From: a virus
Taxonomy: Duplodnaviria; Caudoviricetes
DNA length: 64,000 bases
Reading direction: 5' to 3' (one strand)
Virus record (IMG/VR): IMGVR_UViG_3300033463_000076
Coordinates: 1-64,000 of that record
Below are positions 54,789 through 63,826 of the stretch, one piece after another. Within the stretch, counting starts at the first letter, position 1. Each line of letters starts with the position of its first letter. The notes beneath the pieces are model-generated. The model made no database searches. It saw nothing but the letters and a program-made list of their open reading frames with translations, and was not told where the DNA came from. Made by a program: the position numbers and the translations under genes.

Positions 54789-55253
54789 TTATTTCTTTAG
54801 CGTTTCCAAAATAACCATATTCTCCTTACACTTGCTGACGATGAAGCGATACGACCAACCACCTTCCGAGAACTCCTCACGGAACTTCAGTCCCAGCTCT
54901 TTCAGCTTAGAACGGACACCCTGCTTCTTCTCGTCCAACTTCCAAAGAGTATCGACACTCACACCAAATGACGTAGCCTGAATGCCAAACAGCGGCTTCA
55001 GGTACTGGTAGAGGTCGATGTACGTATTCTTAACCTCAGCGAACAGGCGCTGTGATATCCACTCCCACGTTACTTCTTTCTCCTTCGGGGTCTTCATCCA
55101 CTTCGAATAGTACTGACCGTCGCCACCCTCGAAGCCTGAAACCAAAATCTTAACGGCTTTCTGCGGTGTCGTCTCGTAGCACAGATCATCCACGAAGTCT
55201 ATCACGAAACCTTCTGACTTGACTCTCTCGATTGTCTCTTTGCTGATATTCAT
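54789..55253 (-). CDS. hypothetical protein
   Basis: 154 aa, coupled ORF. Confidence 0.5.
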   Translation of the reverse strand: MNISKETIERVKSEGFVIDFVDDLCYETTPQKAVKILVSGFEGGDGQYYSKWMKTPKEKEVTWEWISQRLFAEVKNTYIDLYQYLKPLFGIQATSFGVSVDTLWKLDEKKQGVRSKLKELGLKFREEFSEGGWSYRFIVSKCKENMVILETLKK

Positions 55254-55257
55254 ATCT

Positions 55258-55494
55258 CTAACAGATTTCGAGGTTCTTCATTTCGTTCTCGTCGAAGGTG
55301 TAGCCCATCTTAGCCATTTCCTTCACTGCAGCTTTCTTGGCACCACTGGCTGTACTATAGATGCGACCCTTACCGATAGAAAACCAGTACTCGCCGTCCT
55401 GGATAGCAGTCACCATTATCTCGTCTTTCTGTCCTCCGTTAAGCGAGAACTTTACCGACTTTCTTTCCGAATTGTTACACTTGATTGTTACCAT
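55258..55494 (-). CDS. hypothetical protein
   Basis: Real start MVTIKC at 55494, after TAAGAGCA. Confidence 0.55.
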   Translation of the reverse strand: MVTIKCNNSERKSVKFSLNGGQKDEIMVTAIQDGEYWFSIGKGRIYSTASGAKKAAVKEMAKMGYTFDENEMKNLEIC

Positions 55495-55635
55495 TGCTCT
55501 TACTTCTTTTTGATGTTTCTTAATGTTTTTATTTATGGTGTAAAGGTAGTAAAAAAACACGATATTTGCAATAGATACACTCTTTATTTTGTTAACGAAA
55601 CTTTAGCAGCGGAAAGATTAACCTTTCATAACTTT
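55492..55635 (-). promoter_or_regulatory. repeated promoter/leader unit, copy 5
   Basis: GTTA boxes; TTGC-N19-TACCTTTAC; CATTAAGAAAC; TAAGAGCA-ATG. Confidence 0.7.
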
Positions 55636-56020
55636 AGCGCTTCAAAGCCTCCTCGATAGCATCCGCAAAGAAGCCTACGAGATAGGCGTGAGGCTCGTCA
55701 TTCGTCGGATCGACACTGGCACCTATGAAGTCGTATATGGCATTGGCCGCGTGGTCTGACTCATGGGCTATCGTACCAGTAGTGACCAGCTTCGGCGTAT
55801 GCAGCCACGTCAACACTCCCTTCTGGCCATCACTGACTGCGATGACTGGGTCAAACGTAAGGGCTGCAGACGACTTTATCCTCGAGTCCCTAATCTCGAT
55901 CTCCTCATGCTCGATATCTACGAACATATCCTTAACGTCTGCCTTGGTTCCGTTCTTCGCCACCCAGAACTTGAACGGATAAATCACGGGGTCAAACTCT
56001 AAAACTTCAAACTTAGCCAT
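55634..56020 (-). CDS. HExxH-motif protein (putative zinc metallopeptidase-like)
   Basis: TIAHESDHAA...DEPHAYLVG. Confidence 0.55.
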   Translation of the reverse strand: MAKFEVLEFDPVIYPFKFWVAKNGTKADVKDMFVDIEHEEIEIRDSRIKSSAALTFDPVIAVSDGQKGVLTWLHTPKLVTTGTIAHESDHAANAIYDFIGASVDPTNDEPHAYLVGFFADAIEEALKR

Positions 56021-56167
56021 AGCTGGAACTCTTTTATATTTCTCATAACTCGTGTAGCGGCAATCGACTTATATAGTTGGTGGGTTGCGCTGGTAAACTC
56101 GAAATTTGCGGCAAGTAGCGAATCGGGGTTATCCCTCAGATACTGCCGATACTCTCTATCATATTGC

Positions 56168-56503
56168 TTAATACACTTCATCTTCAAACAGCTTTAACGA
56201 CTTATCCTTATCTGCCTTCGTCTGCATCCTCGACTTCCTGTGATGCTCTGCGTCGTATCTGAGGTGACACGACTGACACAATGCCCTCAGATTCTCAGGC
56301 CTGCAGTCCTCTGGAACATGATTAAGGTGGGCTATCGTCAGCACCACCCTAACCATCTTCCTCGTCTTCTCGTTGAAATAGAACGTGTGGTTTCTGCGAC
56401 CACAGAACTCACAGCAGTCATTCGCCCGCTTCAGGATAGCCGGTCGTATCTCCGACTTCCAGTTCTTCGGGTAACGGGCTTTGTTCTCAGGCTTTATCGG
56501 CAT
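56168..56503 (-). CDS. HNH endonuclease-like protein
   Basis: Start MPIKPENKARYPKNW; CEFCG...LTIAHLNH..EDCRPENLRALCQSCHLRYD. Confidence 0.75.
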   Translation of the reverse strand: MPIKPENKARYPKNWKSEIRPAILKRANDCCEFCGRRNHTFYFNEKTRKMVRVVLTIAHLNHVPEDCRPENLRALCQSCHLRYDAEHHRKSRMQTKADKDKSLKLFEDEVY

Positions 56504-56504
56504 A

Positions 56505-56756
56505 TCAATACGGGTTCGTGTTAATAACCAGGAAATGCTTATAAATCGGGTCTTCTCCATAATCGCCACCGTCTCGTTCTCCAGTCTCTGGGTTTATCTC
56601 TTTCTTAGCCCAGCCGACGATCTCCTGACGATAGCACAAATCCTTATCCGTGACAGGGTGGCAATTCTCAGCCTTGACAGCCGTATTGAACACTATCTGC
56701 GTATTATCAGGCATATTCTGAAATACACGATTCTCTAACAATTCCTTCTTTGTCAT
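56505..56756 (-). CDS. hypothetical protein
   Basis: 83 aa, coupled ORF. Confidence 0.45.
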   Translation of the reverse strand: MTKKELLENRVFQNMPDNTQIVFNTAVKAENCHPVTDKDLCYRQEIVGWAKKEINPETGERDGGDYGEDPIYKHFLVINTNPY

Positions 56757-57349
56757 TTTCTTATCGGGTTTATATATGGACCACCATACATCATATACTC
56801 CAGCACCTCCTTCAAATTCAGGTTGTAATCCGTCGTTACATCACAGACACTGGTCTTAAATATTTCCTCCCACGGTTTCTGATCCTTCGGAACTGCAATA
56901 GGGATAGAGAATAACAGACGTAACGGCATATTTGATGAAGGCTCAAGGAGCGTACACTTGAAACACTTACTCTCAATAATCAGCTTAGATATATCTTTAC
57001 CAAACTGAAACATCGAACGCTCGAGAAAATCCTTGAATATCATTACAGCCGTTTCTTCTATATTCATGTCACACTTGCTATACTGCTTCAAATCTAAATA
57101 TATGTCACTAAATGATACACCGAATTTCTGTTCTAACGTTCTAATCTCAAACTCCTGACGTGGTGGCATTGGAGTCGGTGCGAACTTAGCATAATAAACA
57201 CTACGGTCTGCCTTTTCTGCAGCCTTCAACATTTGCTTTGCAGCTATCTTTCTGACAAAGCCAGTGATATCTCCGTTGCCCATATCCGGACCGTCCAAGA
57301 TACAGCCAACAGAGTATATCACGAACAGGAAAATAACCAGTGCTACCAT
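56753..57349 (-). CDS. N-terminal TM hypothetical protein
   Basis: MVALVIFLFVIYSVGC; visibly AT-richer than its neighbours. Confidence 0.5.
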   Translation of the reverse strand: MVALVIFLFVIYSVGCILDGPDMGNGDITGFVRKIAAKQMLKAAEKADRSVYYAKFAPTPMPPRQEFEIRTLEQKFGVSFSDIYLDLKQYSKCDMNIEETAVMIFKDFLERSMFQFGKDISKLIIESKCFKCTLLEPSSNMPLRLLFSIPIAVPKDQKPWEEIFKTSVCDVTTDYNLNLKEVLEYMMYGGPYINPIRK

Positions 57350-57352
57350 AAC

Positions 57353-58549
57353 TCAGAACTTTCTCGTTTCCTTTGCCTTGAAATTGTACACTGGCTTGAT
57401 AACCTCAAGCACCTCCACCGTAGGCTCTATGCAGTCGATAATCTCCTGCATCGGCTTATAGACCATAGGACTCTCGTCGAGGGTTTCAGGACAGACGGAC
57501 GTAGAATACACATCCTTCATTTCTGACTTGAACTGCTCTACATCGAGCGTCTGGAAGGCTTTCTTTCGGCTCATTAAGCGTCCAGCTCCGTGCGGTGCAG
57601 AATACAGCCAATCAGGATTGCCCTTACCGACACAAATCAGCGAACCGTCGCGCATATTCATCGGGATAATCAGACGCTCACCTCTCATAGCCCTCACGGC
57701 ACCCTTACGGACTGTCAGGCGGTTCATGCTGTTGTCGATGTAGTTATGCACCGTCTGGAACATATCGTATGCGTGGAGTTCCATCTTCTTACAGATCGTT
57801 CTCATTATCACATGACGATTCAGCTCTGCATACTTCTGAGCAATCATCATATCATTGATATAGTCGGCAATCCACTCAGGACCGATGCCGGCCAAATCAC
57901 CATCGACTGACGGAATTTTCAACTTCTGCAGCTCGCTCTGGATATCCTTCTGACGTCCTTCCTTCTTCAGTCTGTCAATCAATTCCTGCCTCTGCTTTTC
58001 ATCGATCTTCTTCGCTATGCCACAAGCAGCCTCAATTCCTTTCTGCTGATAATACTCACAGATACGGACACCGAGGTTACGGCTTCCTGAATGGATGACG
58101 ATATAGAAACGGCCGTCCTTATCCACGTTCGCCTCGATGAAGTGGTTACCACCACCCAGCGTACCGAGCGAACGATAATCGTTATCGATATTGATAATCG
58201 ACTTCGCTTTCAGGAACAGCAGTTCCGGCATCTGCTCTATGGCCTCCTTATGGATATTGAACCCAGACGGAACGAACTCGTTAATCACTTCGTCGAGCTT
58301 CTTCAGATCGACCTCAGCGTGCTCGAAGTTGGCTACGAGCATACCACATCCGATATCCACTCCTACGGTGTTCGGCACTACCTGGTCTTTCAGTTCGATG
58401 ACCGTCCCGATAGTACAGCCTTTCCCCGCATGGCAGTCAGGCATAACTCTAATCTTGCAATCCTTATAGGCATCGCACTCACTCATTTTCTCAATCTGCC
58501 AAGTGGCTTCATCTTCCACCGTCTTAGCGAAAATCTTAACTCTTTCCAT
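57353..58549 (-). CDS. rtcB: RtcB family RNA 3'-5' ligase
   Basis: MPDCHAGKG, GVDIGCG, GTLGGGNHFIE, IHSGSRNLG, HNY, APHGAGR, DESPMVYK. Confidence 0.93.
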   Translation of the reverse strand: MERVKIFAKTVEDEATWQIEKMSECDAYKDCKIRVMPDCHAGKGCTIGTVIELKDQVVPNTVGVDIGCGMLVANFEHAEVDLKKLDEVINEFVPSGFNIHKEAIEQMPELLFLKAKSIINIDNDYRSLGTLGGGNHFIEANVDKDGRFYIVIHSGSRNLGVRICEYYQQKGIEAACGIAKKIDEKQRQELIDRLKKEGRQKDIQSELQKLKIPSVDGDLAGIGPEWIADYINDMMIAQKYAELNRHVIMRTICKKMELHAYDMFQTVHNYIDNSMNRLTVRKGAVRAMRGERLIIPMNMRDGSLICVGKGNPDWLYSAPHGAGRLMSRKKAFQTLDVEQFKSEMKDVYSTSVCPETLDESPMVYKPMQEIIDCIEPTVEVLEVIKPVYNFKAKETRKF

Positions 58550-58873
58550 TGCTATTATTCTTACGTTTAACGTGTTCTCTTCTCTTTACTCTTGCTGACA
58601 GGCTCTGGTTCTTATTCCATCCCTTCGGCACAAGCATGAAATCCTCATTGAACGGAACAGGAACAGGGCGTATCATATCCGCTGCATCCTTGCAAAACTC
58701 CTTCAAGAACTTCTTCAGATCGCTCATACTCTATTCATGTTTACATTCAATACTATCATCATCAACCTGGCCACCATAATGCTTGCACATCTGGCAAGCA
58801 ATAGAGCCGACCATCATCTTACCACCGCCGAACATCGGCCGTTCTCCGTGCGGACATGGATTCGTGAAATAAT

Positions 58874-59158
58874 TCACAGGCCCAGCCATTCCGCAAATGA
58901 CTTCGCTTTCCGCTTTAAGGACTGCCATACGCTTCCACAATTACATTTGATAAACATCTGCTTCGACGGATCACTCTCTACGTAACCGCCGAAGTGCATA
59001 CACTTCTCACAATCTCTGCTTCCGACAAACACGGGCAATATCATTTCCTTCTTGAAGGCCTCGACGAAAGTCTTCTGCATCTTACCGTACGGACACTTGG
59101 CGATAACTCTGTAGCTTTTCTCCTTGACGTCCGTCTTTTTTACTTCTAACTTTGCCAT
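58874..59158 (-). CDS. Cys-rich hypothetical protein
   Basis: CPYG...VGSRDCEKCMHF; paralogous pattern in 58731-58940. Confidence 0.45.
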   Translation of the reverse strand: MAKLEVKKTDVKEKSYRVIAKCPYGKMQKTFVEAFKKEMILPVFVGSRDCEKCMHFGGYVESDPSKQMFIKCNCGSVWQSLKRKAKSFAEWLGL

Positions 59159-59316
59159 ATTCTCTGATTAAATCTCTGATAACAACCACTTTCATCAGCC
59201 AGCAGTACTTCGGGTCGTCGAATCTGAATCATCTGTACACTGCATTCTTTCGACTTGACATCTGCTGACAGAACGGACAATACTTCCGATTACATTTCTT
59301 GGCTAATTCTCCCATA

Positions 59317-59769
59317 TCACTTACATCTTGAACGAATACGATTCCAAAAGTTCTTCGGCTTGAAGTTACGGCGCTTATCGTACTTAGCGAGTTTCTGACG
59401 GTAGGGTATCGGCTCCTCCTTCGGCTGCTCGATAGGCTCCAAGAACCTGATATCAGGGATATCGATTTCCTTCAACTCGAACCTTACGGGTGGTATGTAG
59501 TAGGGCTGTGGCAGAACAACGACTACCTCCTCCGATTCATCATTGAAGTACTCCAGACGATTCTCGATGCCATTCAGCCAAGCCTCTTTCGTTACCATAC
59601 CAGGGAACCACTCTTCGCCGATTCTGATCAAGTCGTCGAAACCATGGCCAATCTCCTTCTTTCCACACTCGTCAAAAGTATAGATGAAGCCAACAAGGCC
59701 ACTCAGCAGCTCCTCTCGTCTCTCAGGCGAACAATCTGCCAACTCCTTACGAACATCCGCTACCGTCAT
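59317..59769 (-). CDS. hypothetical protein
   Basis: 150 aa, coupled ORF. Confidence 0.5.
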   Translation of the reverse strand: MTVADVRKELADCSPERREELLSGLVGFIYTFDECGKKEIGHGFDDLIRIGEEWFPGMVTKEAWLNGIENRLEYFNDESEEVVVVLPQPYYIPPVRFELKEIDIPDIRFLEPIEQPKEEPIPYRQKLAKYDKRRNFKPKNFWNRIRSRCK

Positions 59770-60083
59770 TCTCCTTTCAGCTTCTTTTCAAACATAATCT
59801 TCAAGGCTTCCTCGTCACGTCCCATCTTCATCATCATTTCGGCTACGTTAGTATCGAAATCACCGCTTTGGACGGCTATCAATGCAATCAGCGCCAAATG
59901 CTTAATCTGGTCTGACTGGATGGCAGTCACCTCAATCACCTTCTCGAGCATACCTTCCTGACTGAAGCCACGCTCTTTCATTCCACGAAGTCCTATCATG
60001 TACTTCTGGGACCTCTCCATCATCGTCAGGATGTACTTAATCAGTCCCTTCTTGTCTTTCAGCAGTTCTGCAATATCATTCAT
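59766..60083 (-). CDS. hypothetical helical protein
   Basis: 105 aa, ATGA overlaps. Confidence 0.5.
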   Translation of the reverse strand: MNDIAELLKDKKGLIKYILTMMERSQKYMIGLRGMKERGFSQEGMLEKVIEVTAIQSDQIKHLALIALIAVQSGDFDTNVAEMMMKMGRDEEALKIMFEKKLKGE

Positions 60084-60727
60084 TTCTCTATCAGTTTATA
60101 GTCAAACACCCATACCCAGGGATTACTCTCCCACGTTCCTTTTCCACAGACAGCGTTTATCAGTCCTGCGAAAGCGTCTCTTGCATTCGAGTAAACGATA
60201 TGCTCAATCCTTTTCTTCGATATCACGAGGTAGGCGAAATCTCCAATCTCTCCAGTCTTGACATCCTGAGCCTGAATAGGAGCGTGAACAATACCCTCAC
60301 GCATGATATCCTCGTCCGTGATATCCTGCAGCCGTTCAAAACGTACGTCCGTGACCTCCACGAAGTGCTTCATTAGGTCTGCCTTGACGAACATCTTGTT
60401 ACTCCAGCCCTCTTCGCTTCCCAGACCGTCCTCATGACCGGCAGGGCAGTACATCGGATCATAGCCGAGACGCTTGTAACTCTCAGCTATGGCCACAACC
60501 TCACCGACCATGTACGGCGGTCTCATTACACCGTGTGCATCGTCGCCGTAGATATACTCCATATAACCCTTGAAATGACCTTCCTTAATCAGTCCTACGG
60601 GTCGTACGAAATTATCCTCTATGCCTTTGGCGAGGCGACTCGTCCGCGTCTTCAGACGTTTCAGAGTCAGCCACGTCAAACCGCGCTTGTCATCAAACAG
60701 ATATTTCTTCATCTTAGTACTTTCCAC
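60080..60727 (-). CDS. conserved phage protein (ASCH/PUA-like)
   Basis: KTRTSR...PYMVGEVVAIAESY...VRFERLQDITDED..REG...WESNPWVWV. Confidence 0.6.
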   Translation of the reverse strand: MESTKMKKYLFDDKRGLTWLTLKRLKTRTSRLAKGIEDNFVRPVGLIKEGHFKGYMEYIYGDDAHGVMRPPYMVGEVVAIAESYKRLGYDPMYCPAGHEDGLGSEEGWSNKMFVKADLMKHFVEVTDVRFERLQDITDEDIMREGIVHAPIQAQDVKTGEIGDFAYLVISKKRIEHIVYSNARDAFAGLINAVCGKGTWESNPWVWVFDYKLIEK

Positions 60728-61283
60728 AAACCTTATCGTAAATCTGATGACTCAGCTCAATGTCATAGAAGGCATCGTGCAGCTTCTCCTCTTCGACCTT
60801 GACACCCAGGGCCTCCGCTACCGACGACTGCTTGAAGTCCTTCATCTGCGAACGCTTGTCAACGAGATACGGAGTGGCCAGCACGATACAATCGAGGTAG
60901 TTCGACCAAAAGTAACTGCCAAACCACTTCTCACCACAACGGGCAAACCACGCTCTCAGGAACTGGTTGTCGAACGGACCGATATTGAAACCGCACAGGT
61001 AGAACTTATCAGCCTTATCGTACTTGCTGATGTACTTCTCCAGCATCATCTTGAACTTCTGGAACTGAACCATGTGGCTTGTATAGCCAGCAATCTGCTC
61101 ACGGGTCACACCGCTTACCCTCAGCGCTTCATCCGTGATTTCAGCACCATCATGCGGACGCAGCTTCAGGTTGAACGTCTCTTTTACCTCTCCATCGATC
61201 ACCACCTTACCGGACAGCTGATGGATTGCACTCTTCTGACTGTCGAGACCTGTAGTCTCTACGTCGTAAATCAAAATCTTCAT
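60714..61283 (-). CDS. DEDDh 3'-5' exonuclease (DnaQ-like)
   Basis: YDVETTG, GFNIGPFD, LHDAFYD. Confidence 0.85.
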   Translation of the reverse strand: MKILIYDVETTGLDSQKSAIHQLSGKVVIDGEVKETFNLKLRPHDGAEITDEALRVSGVTREQIAGYTSHMVQFQKFKMMLEKYISKYDKADKFYLCGFNIGPFDNQFLRAWFARCGEKWFGSYFWSNYLDCIVLATPYLVDKRSQMKDFKQSSVAEALGVKVEEEKLHDAFYDIELSHQIYDKVCGKY

Positions 61284-61287
61284 ATCT

Positions 61288-61926
61288 TTATGCTTTAGGG
61301 GTTAATAACTTCTTCTCATTCTCACAGAACTGGACGTTATGTATCAGCGTCATCACGTCACCGTAGGCATCGTGCTTGACCTGATTGCCGACAGGCGGTA
61401 TCAACGAATACGGCTTTTCTACCTCGGGGTGGAACTGTCTCATGTGCTCCAGTATGAACGTGCGGCTGTCCCTCACCTCGTCATGTTTCCAAGGCATCGC
61501 CTCAATCTCACCCTTCGACCTCTTTTCACCGAACACCACAATATAGGCGTTCTTCAGGATCGGGCCGTCGAAGTCGGTGCCCTGCATCCATACCCTCACG
61601 CCGTCCGCATTGTGTTCAGACTTCCAAATCTCAAAGGCCTGATTCAGTTCAAACAGCGCCTCCCTCAGTGGAACCGAGTTTCCTTCGAGGAACGGCTTCT
61701 TTGCCTCGTCGCTCTGCTCACTCCACCACTTGATAGTTCCCTCAGCGAAATCCAGTCCATACATCGCACAACTGCTTGCATCGACCGTCGTAAAGAACGG
61801 TTCACCCTCAACCGGCTTGCCATACCCGTCCAAGTCGAACGGGCTGGCAGCGATTGACATGATTGCGGCTGTCGGCCTGAGTGACAGCGTCTCGATATCG
61901 ATTGCAATATCCAAAATCTTCTTCAT
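61288..61926 (-). CDS. DEDDh 3'-5' exoribonuclease-like protein (Rv2179c/DUF5051 type)
   Basis: IDIETLS...IMSIAA, TIKWWSEQ, WMQGTDFD, RDSRT, HDAYGD. Confidence 0.8.
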   Translation of the reverse strand: MKKILDIAIDIETLSLRPTAAIMSIAASPFDLDGYGKPVEGEPFFTTVDASSCAMYGLDFAEGTIKWWSEQSDEAKKPFLEGNSVPLREALFELNQAFEIWKSEHNADGVRVWMQGTDFDGPILKNAYIVVFGEKRSKGEIEAMPWKHDEVRDSRTFILEHMRQFHPEVEKPYSLIPPVGNQVKHDAYGDVMTLIHNVQFCENEKKLLTPKA

Positions 61927-61930
61927 GGCC

Positions 61931-62530
61931 TCAGAACTTTCCTACGTAATCAACCCAGATATCCTTAAACTGCTTCCCAGAGTAGTCCGCCAACGCTTCG
62001 CTTTTATAAGCAAGGCGGGAGCCGGAGGACGCATCCGGATACGACCAAGCGTTAGACGAGGAGACGCACCCGAGACCCGCAGCCGAGCCGTTATTCGCAT
62101 CCGCGCCCACGAGACCCAACTTCTGCTTCTTCTCCTCGGTCATTTCCTCGATCTCCTCCTTCGTGTAATAGCGGAACCAGGGGAACCAGCGGTATTCGTC
62201 ATCAGTAAACTTCGGCTTCCAGCCTTCGTTCAGGGCTGCTGTGATGATACACAGCTTCATGAAAGCCACGATACCACTCGTCTTTATGTTCTCAGCATTC
62301 GACTCGTAATCTGCCAACATGGTACCAGCGTCATCGTCACCACGCTCTGCTCTGGCGCCTAACACCTTGCAGGCATCCTCGAACGTCTTCACTCTCTCCG
62401 TGATAGGCAGCAGACAATCCAGCACTCCGTCGTTATCAGCCTCGATATCGAACTCTGACAACAGACCCTTCACTTTCTCTCCGAAATCCTGTGCCACATC
62501 ATCGGGCACATTCAACATAATCTGTTTCAT
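61931..62530 (-). CDS. DGR target 2 (remote, non-tail)
   Basis: ITERVKTFEDACKVLG...ALNEGWKPKF..EYRWFPWF; carries VR2. Confidence 0.85.
   Translation of the reverse strand: MKQIMLNVPDDVAQDFGEKVKGLLSEFDIEADNDGVLDCLLPITERVKTFEDACKVLGARAERGDDDAGTMLADYESNAENIKTSGIVAFMKLCIITAALNEGWKPKFTDDEYRWFPWFRYYTKEEIEEMTEEKKQKLGLVGADANNGSAAGLGCVSSSNAWSYPDASSGSRLAYKSEALADYSGKQFKDIWVDYVGKF
62008..62120 (-). repeat. DGR variable repeat VR2
   Basis: Hand alignment: 17 mismatches to TR over 113 nt, all at TR adenines. Confidence 0.95.
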
Positions 62531-62533
62531 ATC

Positions 62534-63601
62534 TTACGACTTTAAATGGTGTAACTTCTCATTGAACTTCTTCGAGGTCTTCAGGATATCCTCAAAGCCT
62601 TTCTTCAGCAGTACCAGCTCCTCGGCTTCATCCATATCATCCTCGAGGTATAGCGTAACGTCCTGTGGCGTGTATGCAGCCTGCTCGAACAGACTGACCA
62701 GCAGCGTCTCGAAATGGAGTCCGTCGCCCTCGATTTTAAGACTGTCATGTACCCTGTCAAGCAGCTCGGGATCACGTCTCACCTCTCTGTCCTGATAGGT
62801 GGTAAGGTGTCCTTCGTCATTGACAACTACGTTGAAGAGCCACATACAGTCAGTACCTCCACCGTCATCCACACAGGCCATCTTGCCCTCGGTTCCCTCT
62901 TCGTTCACCCAATAGACGATGCAGTAGTCAGTGTAGTCGCTGTGGTCGAACACCAGCGTATCACCGACCTTCAGTTTCTGGACGTCCTTCTTCCTTACCT
63001 CCGTCTTATAGAACAGGTCGAGTCCGGCTGCAGCCAGTGCGGCACCACGCTCCACATCCCGCTTGAAATCCTTCGGCTTGTAGAACTCCTTTTCAAACGG
63101 CCACTCGCTTACCGAATCACCCTTACGGCCCAGCGCACTCATTAGGTACGATATCGCAGCCTCGATCAGTTCCTTCGGATCGTTCTGTTCGTCATGCTGC
63201 TCGTCGTAGCCCTCGCCGATGACCTGACGCTGGCGCTCTCTCTTGATAGCCTCCACTCCTGGACTGAAATACTTCTCCTTCTCCTGAATGTGGTTGGCTA
63301 TGGCCTCCGCTATCCTCATAGCCTCCTGCACTATGGCCTCCTCGTTTGGGTAAATCATCTGATTCACTCTCGGGTTGCCTTGAATGGACTGCATCTGACG
63401 GGCTGCTACACCAGGCAGCACGGCCATCAGTGCCTTGTGCTTGATTTCCTCCCAGTCAGGGGCGAACGGAATCTTAAACAACTCTGTCGGCCATATCGGG
63501 CCGTTCTTCTCCAACTGGAAGCCACACAGCCTACCAGTCTGACCGTCCACGACAGGGAATGCGTCGATCTCTGTTCGTGTCACTAAATCGAATACTCTCA
63601 T
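62534..63601 (-). CDS. multidomain hypothetical phage protein
   Basis: Central ERQRQV..EGYDEQHD...EL..AA.SY...WPF...YKP...RDVERGAAL domain common in phages. Confidence 0.55.
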   Translation of the reverse strand: MRVFDLVTRTEIDAFPVVDGQTGRLCGFQLEKNGPIWPTELFKIPFAPDWEEIKHKALMAVLPGVAARQMQSIQGNPRVNQMIYPNEEAIVQEAMRIAEAIANHIQEKEKYFSPGVEAIKRERQRQVIGEGYDEQHDEQNDPKELIEAAISYLMSALGRKGDSVSEWPFEKEFYKPKDFKRDVERGAALAAAGLDLFYKTEVRKKDVQKLKVGDTLVFDHSDYTDYCIVYWVNEEGTEGKMACVDDGGGTDCMWLFNVVVNDEGHLTTYQDREVRRDPELLDRVHDSLKIEGDGLHFETLLVSLFEQAAYTPQDVTLYLEDDMDEAEELVLLKKGFEDILKTSKKFNEKLHHLKS

Positions 63602-63604
63602 AAC

Positions 63605-63823
63605 TTAACTATTTTGATTAGACAATTTCCTTTCCAGCCACTCGTCACGTTCCTCACGTGCATCCTTCAGCGTCTTGACAACCGTGCTGAACAGATCGCC
63701 GTCAGTGTGTCGGTAGTCGTACTGATATCTCGTTATCACCTTTCGGCCAACTCTCGTCTTGAACTTCTCATACTGCTCCTGACCTATCGGACAGGTACTG
63801 CAGCCGTTAACATCTGTTTTCAT
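63605..63823 (-). CDS. DUF3873-like protein
   Basis: NGCSTCPIGQEQYEKF...YQYDYRHTDGDLFSTV. Confidence 0.75.
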   Translation of the reverse strand: MKTDVNGCSTCPIGQEQYEKFKTRVGRKVITRYQYDYRHTDGDLFSTVVKTLKDAREERDEWLERKLSNQNS

Positions 63824-63826
63824 ATC

